Assembly (NCBI GenBank): GCA_020635195.1
Contig: JACKAG010000005.1
Coordinates: forward strand, 22,559-86,558
Source of the DNA: Deltaproteobacteria bacterium
Lineage (GTDB): Bacteria > Bdellovibrionota_B > Oligoflexia > Oligoflexales > Bog-1112
DNA length: 64,000 bases
Direction of reading: 5' to 3'
The notes under the pieces were generated by a model. It was not told the DNA's origin. It saw only the letters and a program-made list of their open reading frames with translations, and ran no database searches. How positions within the stretch are numbered: position 1 is the stretch's first letter; every line of letters starts with the position of its first letter. Shown here in pieces: positions 20,311 through 29,523 of this stretch. The position numbers were made by a program, and so were the translations under genes.

Positions 20311-20859
20311 ATGGAAAAAATGATCTTTTTATCCCTGCTCCTTCTCTTTCCTGCCTGTAAACTCGCACTGAAGATACCGGAAATTAAAAGTGCAAAAACT
20401 GAACTCGAAGAACAGGTTCTTGGTTCCTGGCAGAAGATTGACCATGACCTGATTCTGATGTCCACAGTCAGAGGCGAAGGAAGCAGCTCCCGGAGCACCC
20501 ATCCTTATGAACAGGCAAAAAAGAACCGGGCGTTCAATCAGGATGATCTGGATGAATTACGGGACCAGCAAATCATCGGAGAAAGATATGACGGACACGT
20601 GGTCATCCTGGATCAGAGCATCACAGGAGTCATCCCCTCTGACGGATCACTTCAGAAACTGGCAAAGATCATTGTCGCAGAGGAAAACCGGGACCGTAAA
20701 ATCCTCTGGGAAAACGGAACCAGTGCATCACATGCCACAGGAGCTGCACAGGTGGACAGCAGCAGAAAAATCTGGACACAGGATCTGAGAAAGCACTTAA
20801 AAGCAGGAGTCTGGTATCAAAATGAAGCACAAAAGTGGGTCCGGAAAGCAGCTCCGTAA
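20311..20859 (+). CDS. YdbL-like (DUF1318) lipoprotein
   Basis: It has a lipobox 'LLFPAC'. Its C-terminus 'GVWYQNEAQKWVRK' resembles the E. coli YdbL C-terminus as I recall it ('GEYVQGINGKWVRK'). 'IGERYDGHVVIL' and 'IVAEENRDRKILWE' lie in the corresponding core positions. Confidence 0.6.
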   Translation: MEKMIFLSLLLLFPACKLALKIPEIKSAKTELEEQVLGSWQKIDHDLILMSTVRGEGSSSRSTHPYEQAKKNRAFNQDDLDELRDQQIIGERYDGHVVILDQSITGVIPSDGSLQKLAKIIVAEENRDRKILWENGTSASHATGAAQVDSSRKIWTQDLRKHLKAGVWYQNEAQKWVRKAAP

Positions 20860-23800
20860 TCGTGAATTCTTGCTGCTCCCAATACTCTTTCTGATCAGCT
20901 GCGCTTCCGGAGGACAACAGCCCCCGTCCGGAAATATAAGCGCAGAAAAAGAGCGTGTGTTTTTTACAGAACCAGGTCAGCTGACAGCAGGAACGGCTTT
21001 AACCTTTTCAGCAGATCTGTCTGCAAAAGGTGACTTCATTGTTTATACCTCCGACCGACAGGGAAACCTCGATATCTGGACCAAACGCAGCTCTGGCGGC
21101 TTCGCCCGGCCTCTGACCTGGCATGCCTCTGATGATAAAGGTCCGGCCATTTCTCCTGACGGAAAAAAGATTCTTTTTGTCTCGCGTCGCCTTGATGCTG
21201 CAGGGGACATTGTTCTGATGCCCATCCTTAAAGGGCGAAAATCAGAAGAAAACATCCAGGTCTTTCCCCATGAAGGTTATGAGGACTCTGATCCGGCCTG
21301 GTTTCCTGATGGTAAACGCTTTGTCTTTGTCGCAGGGCGCAACGGAAAAAAACCACAGCTGATGATTTCAGATACAGATTCCGGAGAGATCCAGGCTCTG
21401 GACGAGGCCCTGGGTGTACAACCTGCTGTCTTCCCGGACGGAGAGAGAATCATCTTTGTTGCTGACGGAGCTCTGAAAGTCTATCATTCTACGGAAAATC
21501 GCATTTCCCAGCTAACAGAAGGAGGCCTGGTACAGGATGCCTCACCTGCTTTCAGTGACGATGGCCGCTATATTGTTTTCACACGCTATGCAGATGATAC
21601 CAACCAGGATGGGCAGTTAAATGCAGACGATCATCCGACCATCTGGATCATGAGCACTGACAGACAAAATCCATCTCTTCCTCTGGAAAGCTTTCATATG
21701 ATGCCCCTGAGTTCGGCAAAATTTTCCAGCTGGAAACCCGTTGTGCGTCATCAGAAAGTCTGGTTTTCAAAGCAGACAGGATCAGCTATGAACCTGTTCT
21801 TCATACCATCCGACGGTCAGGCCAGCCCACCGGACAACCTGGAAGAGATGAAAGAAAAGCTGTCACTGCTCAGCCATGATGACGATAAAATATATTACCT
21901 TCGTCGCTCCGCCAGTGCTTTTTTTATAAAAGGCCGCCATGATGATGCAGGAGAAGCAGCTCTTTCAGAACTGATGTTTTATGCAAATCATGGCAAAGAG
22001 GCAGAAGCAGGGTGGTTACGAAAAAAAATACAGGCCGCTTTTCCTGATTTTACCTGGCTTCAGAGCCTGGCAGATCTTGTCATGCTCGAATTACGTCTGA
22101 ACGTGGCTCTGAAAAACGGGCGGCGACAACTGCCACAGATGCCTCCCTCATTCACTCCTCAGATTACAGAAACAGAGCCTGATCGGGTTCACTGCTACCA
22201 GCAGCTACTCAGGGGAAAAATTCTGACCGCTCATGACAGAATCTCTGAGGCCGCAGCATTGTTTGAAAGCATCTCTGATCACTGCTCCCGCCACACAGAG
22301 ATCCTGGCAGAAGCAAGCTTCCAGCGTGGTCGCCTGCTGGCACAGCTGAGCGGATCAGAATCCGCCATATCTGCCATGCTGCTGCTGACCCGGAATCTGC
22401 CCGGAGAAAAAAATGCTGTCACCAAAGCTGCGAGACTGGCCGTTCAGTTAACAGAGGAAAACAAACAGAATAAAATTGCAGCATTGCATCTTTTGAGAGA
22501 ACAAGCAAAGGGACTTCCTCTTTTGCCTGCGATGGCTCATCTGCGGATCGGGGAGCTTTTTGCCAGTCAGGGAAAAGAAATTGTCGCTGCAAACGAATAT
22601 CGGGTCATGATTGAGCAGTACCCGGAATCGCCAGAGGTTCTGCTACAGGCAGCGACTCAGCTCTCGTCCATCCTGCAACATAGCGGGCGTCTCAGAGAAG
22701 CTTCCGCAGTGATGCAAACCCTCTATCAACAGCTCCGGGAAAAAGGACCAGAATACCGGGAACAGGGAAGAAAACTCCTCAGAGATGTTCTGGGACGCAG
22801 GGGTTATCAGCTCCTCCTGGAACATGATAAAAAAGCAGCCCTGGAGAATTTTCGGCTTCTCCTCACGATTGATCCCGGCTCTTATGTTGCGGTGAAAGGC
22901 CTTTTGCGAATACAGAGTCAGGAGGCTGATCCGGAGGCAGACAAAAAGCGACTGGCAGCACTTTGCCTGCCTCCGGAGCCAACTCCGGCTCAGAGACTCT
23001 ATTTTGAAGGTCTTAAGAGCTCCTGGGATGTGTCAGAACATCTGAGCCCATCAGAAAATCTACAACGACTGGATGACAGCATCCTGAGTTTTGAGCAAGC
23101 CCGGGACCTGGATGATCAGGCTGCGGCCATTCATCAGGCTCTGGGGTGGGCATACCAGCAAAAGGCCTGGTGGATCAGGCAGGATGAAGAACGAGGGGGA
23201 ATGGCCTCTGTTCTGGGAGCCGGATGGAATCAGCTGCAACTGGGCTCCCTTGCAGAACTCAACTTCGATATCCGGGTTCTGAACCCCTTCCGGGAAGAAG
23301 ATCCCGACTGGCTCGAATCCGCAATCGACTCCTGGCTCGCTGCCGCAGCTCTTGCTCCTGAAGGGAGTCTGGAACAGGTTCAGATCAGTCAGAACCTTGC
23401 CAATGCTTATTATGAGAAAAACCTGTTTCAACAGGCTCTCCGCTACTTTGTCATGAGAATTCAGAATATCAGATCCGTTCCTGCCGAAAGCACGGCGTCC
23501 GAGGCTCTGTTATGGCAAAGAGCTGGCCGGACTGCATGGCAGGTGGAGGAGAATGACTTATCCATAAACTTTTTCAGAAGAAGCACAGCACTCTGGCAGC
23601 AGAGTGGACAGCAGGAGCAGCTATTAAAAACCCAGGATTCACTCGCTCTCAGCCTTCGCTCGGGAGGCTACATCCAGGAGGCGGCAAACCTCTATGAAGC
23701 CATGCTGACACTCCCTCCGGAAGAACTGATCCGGGAAAATCGGGTCCGGCTCCTCTTAAGTCTCAGCCAGTGCTATCAAAAAATGGAACAGAGGCAAAAG

Positions 23801-26800
23801 GCACTGGATACGCTGAACTCAGCAGAAGAACTCCTTAAAACACTGACAGAAAACCCCATCTGGCGCACTCAGCACCTGCTGGTCCTGGAAAGCGTCCGGG
23901 GCGACATCTGGAAAAAAAGCAGACAACGCTCCGGACAGATTCGCAGCATGGAGCAGAAGATTTTGCTGCTGCGATTCCTGCGAGACGACGGCATCAAACG
24001 TGAGGATAAAGAGGAGGCCTGGTACGCACAGGAACTCGCCTATGCCCTGAACCAGCTTGGATTTCTTCAGCTTGACGCAGGGCATTACCAGAAAGCAGCA
24101 GAACATTTTCAGGAGGCATCGGATTTTTCTGAACTCATGTACGAAGATCGCAGCAAAACCCCACCACCCGTCTGGCTTGCCAACCTTTTCAGTCTCGCAC
24201 GGGTCCAGCTGAAACGCTGGAAGGCTGGTGCTCTGCCTCAGAAGGAGCTGTCCCTGCTGAAAGAACGCCTCCGCAAAGAAAGTGCCCCATGGATCAGGAG
24301 CCTTTCTGAAGAAGCGACACAGGATATTCCATCTGCCCGGACAGCACAGCTCCCCAATGGACACAAGAATATCCCGGACTATATCCCGGAGCTCTTATCA
24401 CTCTATGGAATGGTTTTGTTAACATCTCCTGACAGTAGGCGAGAGGGAAGCCAGTCTCTGGCTATGTCATTTGAGATGGTTTCTGCCAGCTCCGGTAAAA
24501 AGCCACTTCCTCTTCTGGCAGAATCCTGGCTCAACTCTGATCCGACACCAGCAGCCAGAAACAGAAAACAAGCCTCTGCTTCTGCCCGGCAGCTCAGGAA
24601 GGGAATCACACGAAACCCTCTTATGATTCTGAAGTACCTCATTGCTGAGCAGCTCTGGGAGGATGCCTGGAGCAACGCAGAAACGCTTGTAGAGGCAGGA
24701 CTGACCCTGCCAGAGCCCACAGACCGGATGCTACTCCGGGATATCTACGAGGCCCGTGTTTCACCAGAAATGGCCACCGGTTTTTCCAGAGCATTTCAGG
24801 CATTTTCTGACTACCGGCGCCTGCGAGATAAAGAGCTCTTCAACCGGATTTTCCCATCGATTCAGCAGAAAGGTCCTCCCCAGGAATGGAAGAACCCCCT
24901 CTCAAAAGAAAAAACCGTAGAGGCACTGCGCTCCATCATGAATCCCGGGGATATGATGCTAAGCGCCCACTACTTTCGGAAGCAAAAGCAATGGCAGTTT
25001 TTATGGCTCTCCACAAAGGCAGAGGGAATTCATAGTTCTGCTGTCGTTCACTCAGAAGATGCCTCTGTCATCATCCGGCAACTTTCTTCCAGACTCGCAG
25101 CTCCCCTGAAAGAAATCCAGCGCCTTTATATCATCCCGTCAGATGAGGCATGGGACTTAGCCTGGGAAACCCTGGAAAGTCCCACTCATGATCTGCGCAT
25201 CAGCTATCTGCCATCATATGATGCCCTCCCCACAAGGGCAGAAAATCAGGCAAAGCCGGACCTGATGACCGTCAGTGATGATCCCTCATGGCTTCTCACA
25301 GCATCTGCTTCCTTCATGGCAGCTGCCAGACTACTCATCGCTGAGAGATCAGAAGAAGCCAGACTGCCTGGATTTCTTGCTCATATCAGCCATAGGTACC
25401 TGACTCAACAGCCCTTACAGCTGAAACGGCTGAACGGAACGGATCTTTCCTGGAGGCAGACACTTTATTCCTCTGCCAGCCTGAATCCGGATCAGATCAG
25501 ACAGATGGAGCTGCCCGAACTTTCGGAGATCATATTCACCCAGCTAGAAATCGATGATGACACAAGCCTGAGCCATGATCTTCCGGAGCACTGGCAGACT
25601 CTCTGGTACAGCTTCCATGCTGCAGGAGCGTCACGCGTTCTGATTCCCTGGACAAAAGAGAGAAAACAGCCTGTCCCTCATCTGAAATTGCCCACAGAAC
25701 TTGCCGGAAAGCTTTCCCCGGCATCTGTCCTTCAAAAGCATCAGCAAAAGGTGAGGATGATCGGACCGTTCTCCCCCTTAGCTTCCGGGGAAGAACAGAC
25801 AGAGAATGCGGAAGAACTCGCTGATATCGCTTTTGAAGAAGCGGAAGAAGCTGCATCAGCCGGAGACTATAACGCAGCAGCAAGACAATGGCTCAGATAT
25901 CTCTGGTACATCAGAAAAACAGAAGAAGAGACAGGAAGCGGCTACCGGGAAGGTCTTTCGAGACTGGCCATTAATTTCTACATGGCAGGATGGTACCAGG
26001 AAGCATTGCAGGTCCAGTCTCTGATCATCAGTCTGAACAAAAATGATCCGGATGCAGCTGATCCCGGAAGGACCGTGATGAACGCTGCAAACTTTGCGTT
26101 ACTGGCAGAAGAACACGATGATGCCACTCAGCTTTTAAAGAAAGCTGAGGTGATCTTTACAGAAGAGGATGATCAGGAGGCTCTGACGGAGCTGTGGAGA
26201 GTCCGGGGCATCCTCTATGACCGGACGGGAGACTATCCTGCCTCTGTCCGGGCCTATCTGAAATCCGCAGACTTCGCAGGAGAAGAAGGAGCCGCTGCGG
26301 CCTATCGTTCTGCCGGAAGCATCTATCAGCTGCGCCTTAATGAATTTGATAAAGCCCTGGATTATTTTCATCAGGCATCTGATCTTTACGCAAAAGATCA
26401 GAATATAAAGGATCTGATTACAGTATTAAGTGAAGAAGCGGCGACGTATATTTCTCTTGGGCAGGCCACACGGGCCCTTGCGATTCTTGAAGAAGCCCTG
26501 AAAAAAATTCCGGAAGAAGGGCAGCATGAGCTGCGTATCCGGATATTACAGGGGCTGGGAATTGCGGCCTTCCGGGCAGGCCGACTTAATCAGGTTCTGG
26601 AAATCCTCACAGAAGTCAACAGACTCATCGAAGCTCTTCCCGGGCAAAGTCAGAAAGACATTCTTATGAAATCTGGCTTTACGATCGATCGTATGAATTT
26701 GCAGGGAATGCTTGCTGCAAAGAATCAGAATTTTAAAGAAGCCTTCCGTTTGTTTTCTCAAGCCCTTAAAATGGCAAAACAGCATAAGATGTCCGCAAAA

Positions 26801-28678
26801 GAAGCCTTTCTTCTTAACAACTATGGTTTCTGGCTCAGGGAAAGCGGAGATGCCGGAAAATCTCTGGAATATTTCAGAAAGGCCTTTCATATCGATCGTC
26901 TGGCAAAGATCAGAAAAGATATGGCCTTCGATCTCAGAAATATGGGCCTAAGTGAACTGGTTCTTGATTACAGGAAAAATGCAGAAAATCACCTCAGAGA
27001 ATCCCTTGAAATCAGCCAGCAGATGGGAATCCTTTACAATCTGATTTATTGCCATTTTGGTCTTGGGGATTTATACCGGAAACAGAAACTCTATCCCAAA
27101 GCTCTTGAGCATTTCCGGAAAGCCGGAACACTTGCAACAGGAGCTGGCCTTGAGGATTTTATGTGGAAATCCCTTGCCGCAAGATCTCTGGTCGAGCGTG
27201 ATATGGGAGAAAAAGAAAAAGCAGTACATACGGCTATGAAAAGTATTGAATTGATTGAATCCCTGAGTCCTGGATTACAGTCCGGATCATCTGTTACAGG
27301 ACTTTCCTCCGAAAGAGGAGTTCAGGAAGTTTACGACGAACTTGTCTTCATGCTGGTGGAGAAAAAAGAATATGAGCTTGCTCTGGATATCAGCGAGCGG
27401 TCAAAAAAACGATTTTTAACGGACAGCCTTGGAGCAGGAAAACAGAGATTCGCACAGACAGAATCCTCTGTATTATTCTCAGAACTCAAAAATGATCTTG
27501 GAACCCTTCAGCTTCTGAATATCCGCAAAAGAAAAGAGCCAGAAGGGGCAGAACGAAAAAAAACAGAAGCTGCATTTGAGTCCTTAAAAAAGATGATTCA
27601 CAATAAAATGACCCAGCTCAGAAAAAGTGATCCACAAGCCTGGAAACTTTTCCGGGTCAGCAAAACAGATTTCCATCAGGTCAGACAGGCGTTGGCTCCC
27701 AACATGGCTCTGCTGAATTATCATATAACAAAAAATGCGATCTTTCTCTGGCTACTCAGAAAAGAAGGGATCACCTTCCGACGCATCGATACGAGTCGAC
27801 AGCAGCTGCACAAGATGCTCTCTGATTATCAAGAAATTATTGAGAACTATTCTGCAACAGGACAGCTGAGCCGTCAGTTAGGAGAGATTCTGATCGCTCC
27901 TGTTACAAAGGAATTATCCGGAATCCGGCTGATTGGCATGATTCCCCATGGCCCGTTACAGCAGTTATCATTTGCCAGCCTGACTCATCAGGGAGAATGG
28001 TTATCCTCTCAGGCTGGTTTATTTTATCTTGAGTTACTGGAAGACTTTCTGAAAGAAAAGGCAGCCCCATCGAGACTCATGAAGCAAAATGCCAAAATTT
28101 TTGCCATGGCAAACCCTGAAACAGAAGGTCTGTCTCAGATTTCTTTTGCTCAAAAAGAAGTGGAAGCTATCGCCAGAAGCTTTCCAAACACCACAATCTA
28201 TCATGGAAAACAGGCAAAGAAATCTATCCTTTTGCGGGAAGGGCACAGAGCTGATATTCTGCATCTTGCCGTGCATGGCCGTTTTTCCGGGACAGAGAGC
28301 AGGCAACATGCACTATATTTCTCAGGGAAAACAGATCCTTCAGCAAAACTCAGTCCATCTGAAATTTTCAGTTCCGGATTGAACCCTTATCTGGTGACAC
28401 TGTCTGCATGTGAGTCCGGCAAACAGGAGTCACAGGGAGCAGGTGGCTTTCTTAGTTTCTCCAGGGCTTTTTATTACAGTGGAGCCAGGATGCTTTTATC
28501 AGCTTTATGGCGTCTGGACGACATTTCAACAGCTGTGCTAATGAAGCGATTTTACCGAGAACTCTCACGAGGAACAGCTCCCTGGGAGGCTCTGAGCCGA
28601 GCACAGACTGTCGTCCGTCGATATTTTCCTCACCCTGCCTTCTGGGCCGCATTCAGGCTCAGCGGAGCATATCTCTGA
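20822..28678 (+). CDS. Giant lipoprotein: TolB-like PD40 repeats, an extended TPR-like repeat region and a C-terminal CHAT (caspase-fold) protease domain
   Basis: 2,618-aa uninterrupted ORF with a lipobox 'FLISC' (Cys codon 20900-20902). PD40 motifs include 'DFIVYTSDRQGNLDIW', 'PAISPDGKKILFVSRR', 'PAWFPDGKRFVFVAGR', 'PAVFPDGERIIFVA' and 'PAFSDDGRYIVFTR'. About 2,000 aa of helical-repeat sequence follow. The C-terminal CHAT signature has 'ILHLAVHGRF' (His codon 28274-28276) and 'LVTLSACESG' (Cys codon 28409-28411). It overlaps the upstream gene by 38 nt. Confidence 0.85.
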   Translation: MKHKSGSGKQLRNREFLLLPILFLISCASGGQQPPSGNISAEKERVFFTEPGQLTAGTALTFSADLSAKGDFIVYTSDRQGNLDIWTKRSSGGFARPLTWHASDDKGPAISPDGKKILFVSRRLDAAGDIVLMPILKGRKSEENIQVFPHEGYEDSDPAWFPDGKRFVFVAGRNGKKPQLMISDTDSGEIQALDEALGVQPAVFPDGERIIFVADGALKVYHSTENRISQLTEGGLVQDASPAFSDDGRYIVFTRYADDTNQDGQLNADDHPTIWIMSTDRQNPSLPLESFHMMPLSSAKFSSWKPVVRHQKVWFSKQTGSAMNLFFIPSDGQASPPDNLEEMKEKLSLLSHDDDKIYYLRRSASAFFIKGRHDDAGEAALSELMFYANHGKEAEAGWLRKKIQAAFPDFTWLQSLADLVMLELRLNVALKNGRRQLPQMPPSFTPQITETEPDRVHCYQQLLRGKILTAHDRISEAAALFESISDHCSRHTEILAEASFQRGRLLAQLSGSESAISAMLLLTRNLPGEKNAVTKAARLAVQLTEENKQNKIAALHLLREQAKGLPLLPAMAHLRIGELFASQGKEIVAANEYRVMIEQYPESPEVLLQAATQLSSILQHSGRLREASAVMQTLYQQLREKGPEYREQGRKLLRDVLGRRGYQLLLEHDKKAALENFRLLLTIDPGSYVAVKGLLRIQSQEADPEADKKRLAALCLPPEPTPAQRLYFEGLKSSWDVSEHLSPSENLQRLDDSILSFEQARDLDDQAAAIHQALGWAYQQKAWWIRQDEERGGMASVLGAGWNQLQLGSLAELNFDIRVLNPFREEDPDWLESAIDSWLAAAALAPEGSLEQVQISQNLANAYYEKNLFQQALRYFVMRIQNIRSVPAESTASEALLWQRAGRTAWQVEENDLSINFFRRSTALWQQSGQQEQLLKTQDSLALSLRSGGYIQEAANLYEAMLTLPPEELIRENRVRLLLSLSQCYQKMEQRQKALDTLNSAEELLKTLTENPIWRTQHLLVLESVRGDIWKKSRQRSGQIRSMEQKILLLRFLRDDGIKREDKEEAWYAQELAYALNQLGFLQLDAGHYQKAAEHFQEASDFSELMYEDRSKTPPPVWLANLFSLARVQLKRWKAGALPQKELSLLKERLRKESAPWIRSLSEEATQDIPSARTAQLPNGHKNIPDYIPELLSLYGMVLLTSPDSRREGSQSLAMSFEMVSASSGKKPLPLLAESWLNSDPTPAARNRKQASASARQLRKGITRNPLMILKYLIAEQLWEDAWSNAETLVEAGLTLPEPTDRMLLRDIYEARVSPEMATGFSRAFQAFSDYRRLRDKELFNRIFPSIQQKGPPQEWKNPLSKEKTVEALRSIMNPGDMMLSAHYFRKQKQWQFLWLSTKAEGIHSSAVVHSEDASVIIRQLSSRLAAPLKEIQRLYIIPSDEAWDLAWETLESPTHDLRISYLPSYDALPTRAENQAKPDLMTVSDDPSWLLTASASFMAAARLLIAERSEEARLPGFLAHISHRYLTQQPLQLKRLNGTDLSWRQTLYSSASLNPDQIRQMELPELSEIIFTQLEIDDDTSLSHDLPEHWQTLWYSFHAAGASRVLIPWTKERKQPVPHLKLPTELAGKLSPASVLQKHQQKVRMIGPFSPLASGEEQTENAEELADIAFEEAEEAASAGDYNAAARQWLRYLWYIRKTEEETGSGYREGLSRLAINFYMAGWYQEALQVQSLIISLNKNDPDAADPGRTVMNAANFALLAEEHDDATQLLKKAEVIFTEEDDQEALTELWRVRGILYDRTGDYPASVRAYLKSADFAGEEGAAAAYRSAGSIYQLRLNEFDKALDYFHQASDLYAKDQNIKDLITVLSEEAATYISLGQATRALAILEEALKKIPEEGQHELRIRILQGLGIAAFRAGRLNQVLEILTEVNRLIEALPGQSQKDILMKSGFTIDRMNLQGMLAAKNQNFKEAFRLFSQALKMAKQHKMSAKEAFLLNNYGFWLRESGDAGKSLEYFRKAFHIDRLAKIRKDMAFDLRNMGLSELVLDYRKNAENHLRESLEISQQMGILYNLIYCHFGLGDLYRKQKLYPKALEHFRKAGTLATGAGLEDFMWKSLAARSLVERDMGEKEKAVHTAMKSIELIESLSPGLQSGSSVTGLSSERGVQEVYDELVFMLVEKKEYELALDISERSKKRFLTDSLGAGKQRFAQTESSVLFSELKNDLGTLQLLNIRKRKEPEGAERKKTEAAFESLKKMIHNKMTQLRKSDPQAWKLFRVSKTDFHQVRQALAPNMALLNYHITKNAIFLWLLRKEGITFRRIDTSRQQLHKMLSDYQEIIENYSATGQLSRQLGEILIAPVTKELSGIRLIGMIPHGPLQQLSFASLTHQGEWLSSQAGLFYLELLEDFLKEKAAPSRLMKQNAKIFAMANPETEGLSQISFAQKEVEAIARSFPNTTIYHGKQAKKSILLREGHRADILHLAVHGRFSGTESRQHALYFSGKTDPSAKLSPSEIFSSGLNPYLVTLSACESGKQESQGAGGFLSFSRAFYYSGARMLLSALWRLDDISTAVLMKRFYRELSRGTAPWEALSRAQTVVRRYFPHPAFWAAFRLSGAYL

Positions 28679-29000
28679 TCATCCTGGCATCTCACAAGCC
28701 AGAGACTCAGCCCCTTAAGGATTCCGGGATTCAAGGAATACTTCGGACCAAAAATCACCTTTATTTCTGATACTAAAAAAGATAAGTCCTGGCTGATTCA
28801 GATCCAATGACACTTTTTCGTCTACAATCTACAATATAATGAATAAAAAACTCTGCTTAATTCGTAGCCGGACACAGAGAAAATCTTGCAGGTCTTACAG
28901 ATTTTTGTTATTGAATTCGCTTATTTTCTGAACAGTTTTTTAAAGTTCGGACTTTTTCAGAACATATCAAATCCCCATGAATTCATAAAAAGGTTATGAA

Positions 29001-29375
29001 ATGAAAAGTTTAGCCTTGGTTTTGCCTCTCTTTTTCTACAGTAGTCTGGCTCCCGGAGCAGAACAGAAAATGGATGATCCACTGGGGATTATGGCATTTT
29101 TATTCAAAGACACTGCATGGAAAGCATGCATCCCCACCATCCGGACGTCGTCTGACAAACTTCCTAAGCCAGAAACAGAACAAGAAATAGATGACCCGCT
29201 GGGGATTATGGCATTTTTATTCAAAGATACTGCCTGGAAAGCATGCATCCCTGCCATCCAGGCAACAGCATCACAGTTGAGTGACAAGAAGAGCTCTGAT
29301 GAAAGGGCGAAAAGGGATGTGAGCAAAACCAAAAATCATAAAACAGTCCGTTTCTTGTTACCCCCCTCCGCTTAG
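29001..29375 (+). CDS. Small secreted protein with an internally duplicated Cys-containing module
   Basis: 124 aa with signal peptide 'MKSLALVLPLFFYSSLAPGA'. The module 'DDPLGIMAFLFKDTAWKACIP' occurs twice. AAGG lies 9 nt upstream of the ATG. I recognise no family. Confidence 0.6.
   Translation: MKSLALVLPLFFYSSLAPGAEQKMDDPLGIMAFLFKDTAWKACIPTIRTSSDKLPKPETEQEIDDPLGIMAFLFKDTAWKACIPAIQATASQLSDKKSSDERAKRDVSKTKNHKTVRFLLPPSA
29073..29252 (+). repeat. Two copies of a 63-nt (21-codon) module, offset by 117 nt
   Basis: Copies at 29073-29135 and 29190-29252 encode the identical peptide DDPLGIMAFLFKDTAWKACIP with only synonymous differences. Similarity extends a few codons on each side (EQKM/EQEI and T-I-R/A-I-Q). 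Confidence 0.95.
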
Positions 29376-29496
29376 CCGCCATCACGAGAGAGTCGACCTT
29401 GCTTATACACAATAAAAGCAAATCTCCTCTGCACAGTCAGGCAAATTAAAAAGCCAATTCCATTCAGTATATTACAAATAAAATCCATAATCCGGA

Positions 29497-29523
29497 TCAA
29501 ATTTTCGGAAAAATCCCCGAAAT
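29497..29523 (+). promoter_or_regulatory. Weak sigma-28-like promoter candidate upstream of cheA
   Basis: The sequence is TCAA-N15-CCCGAAAT, compared with the TAAA-N15-GCCGATAA type consensus. It is plausible only if cheA starts at the in-frame TTG 29566-29568, which has GAGGA 7 nt upstream, rather than at GTG 29524. Confidence 0.2.

Noticed and set aside
20822-28678. The TPR-CHAT protein as a CRISPR type III-E (Craspase/Csx29-like) or gasdermin-activating protease.
   Set aside because: There is no CRISPR array, no cas7-11/gRAMP gene and no other cas gene anywhere in the window. No gasdermin-like ORF is adjacent. The protein also has a lipoprotein export signal, which does not fit those cytoplasmic systems.
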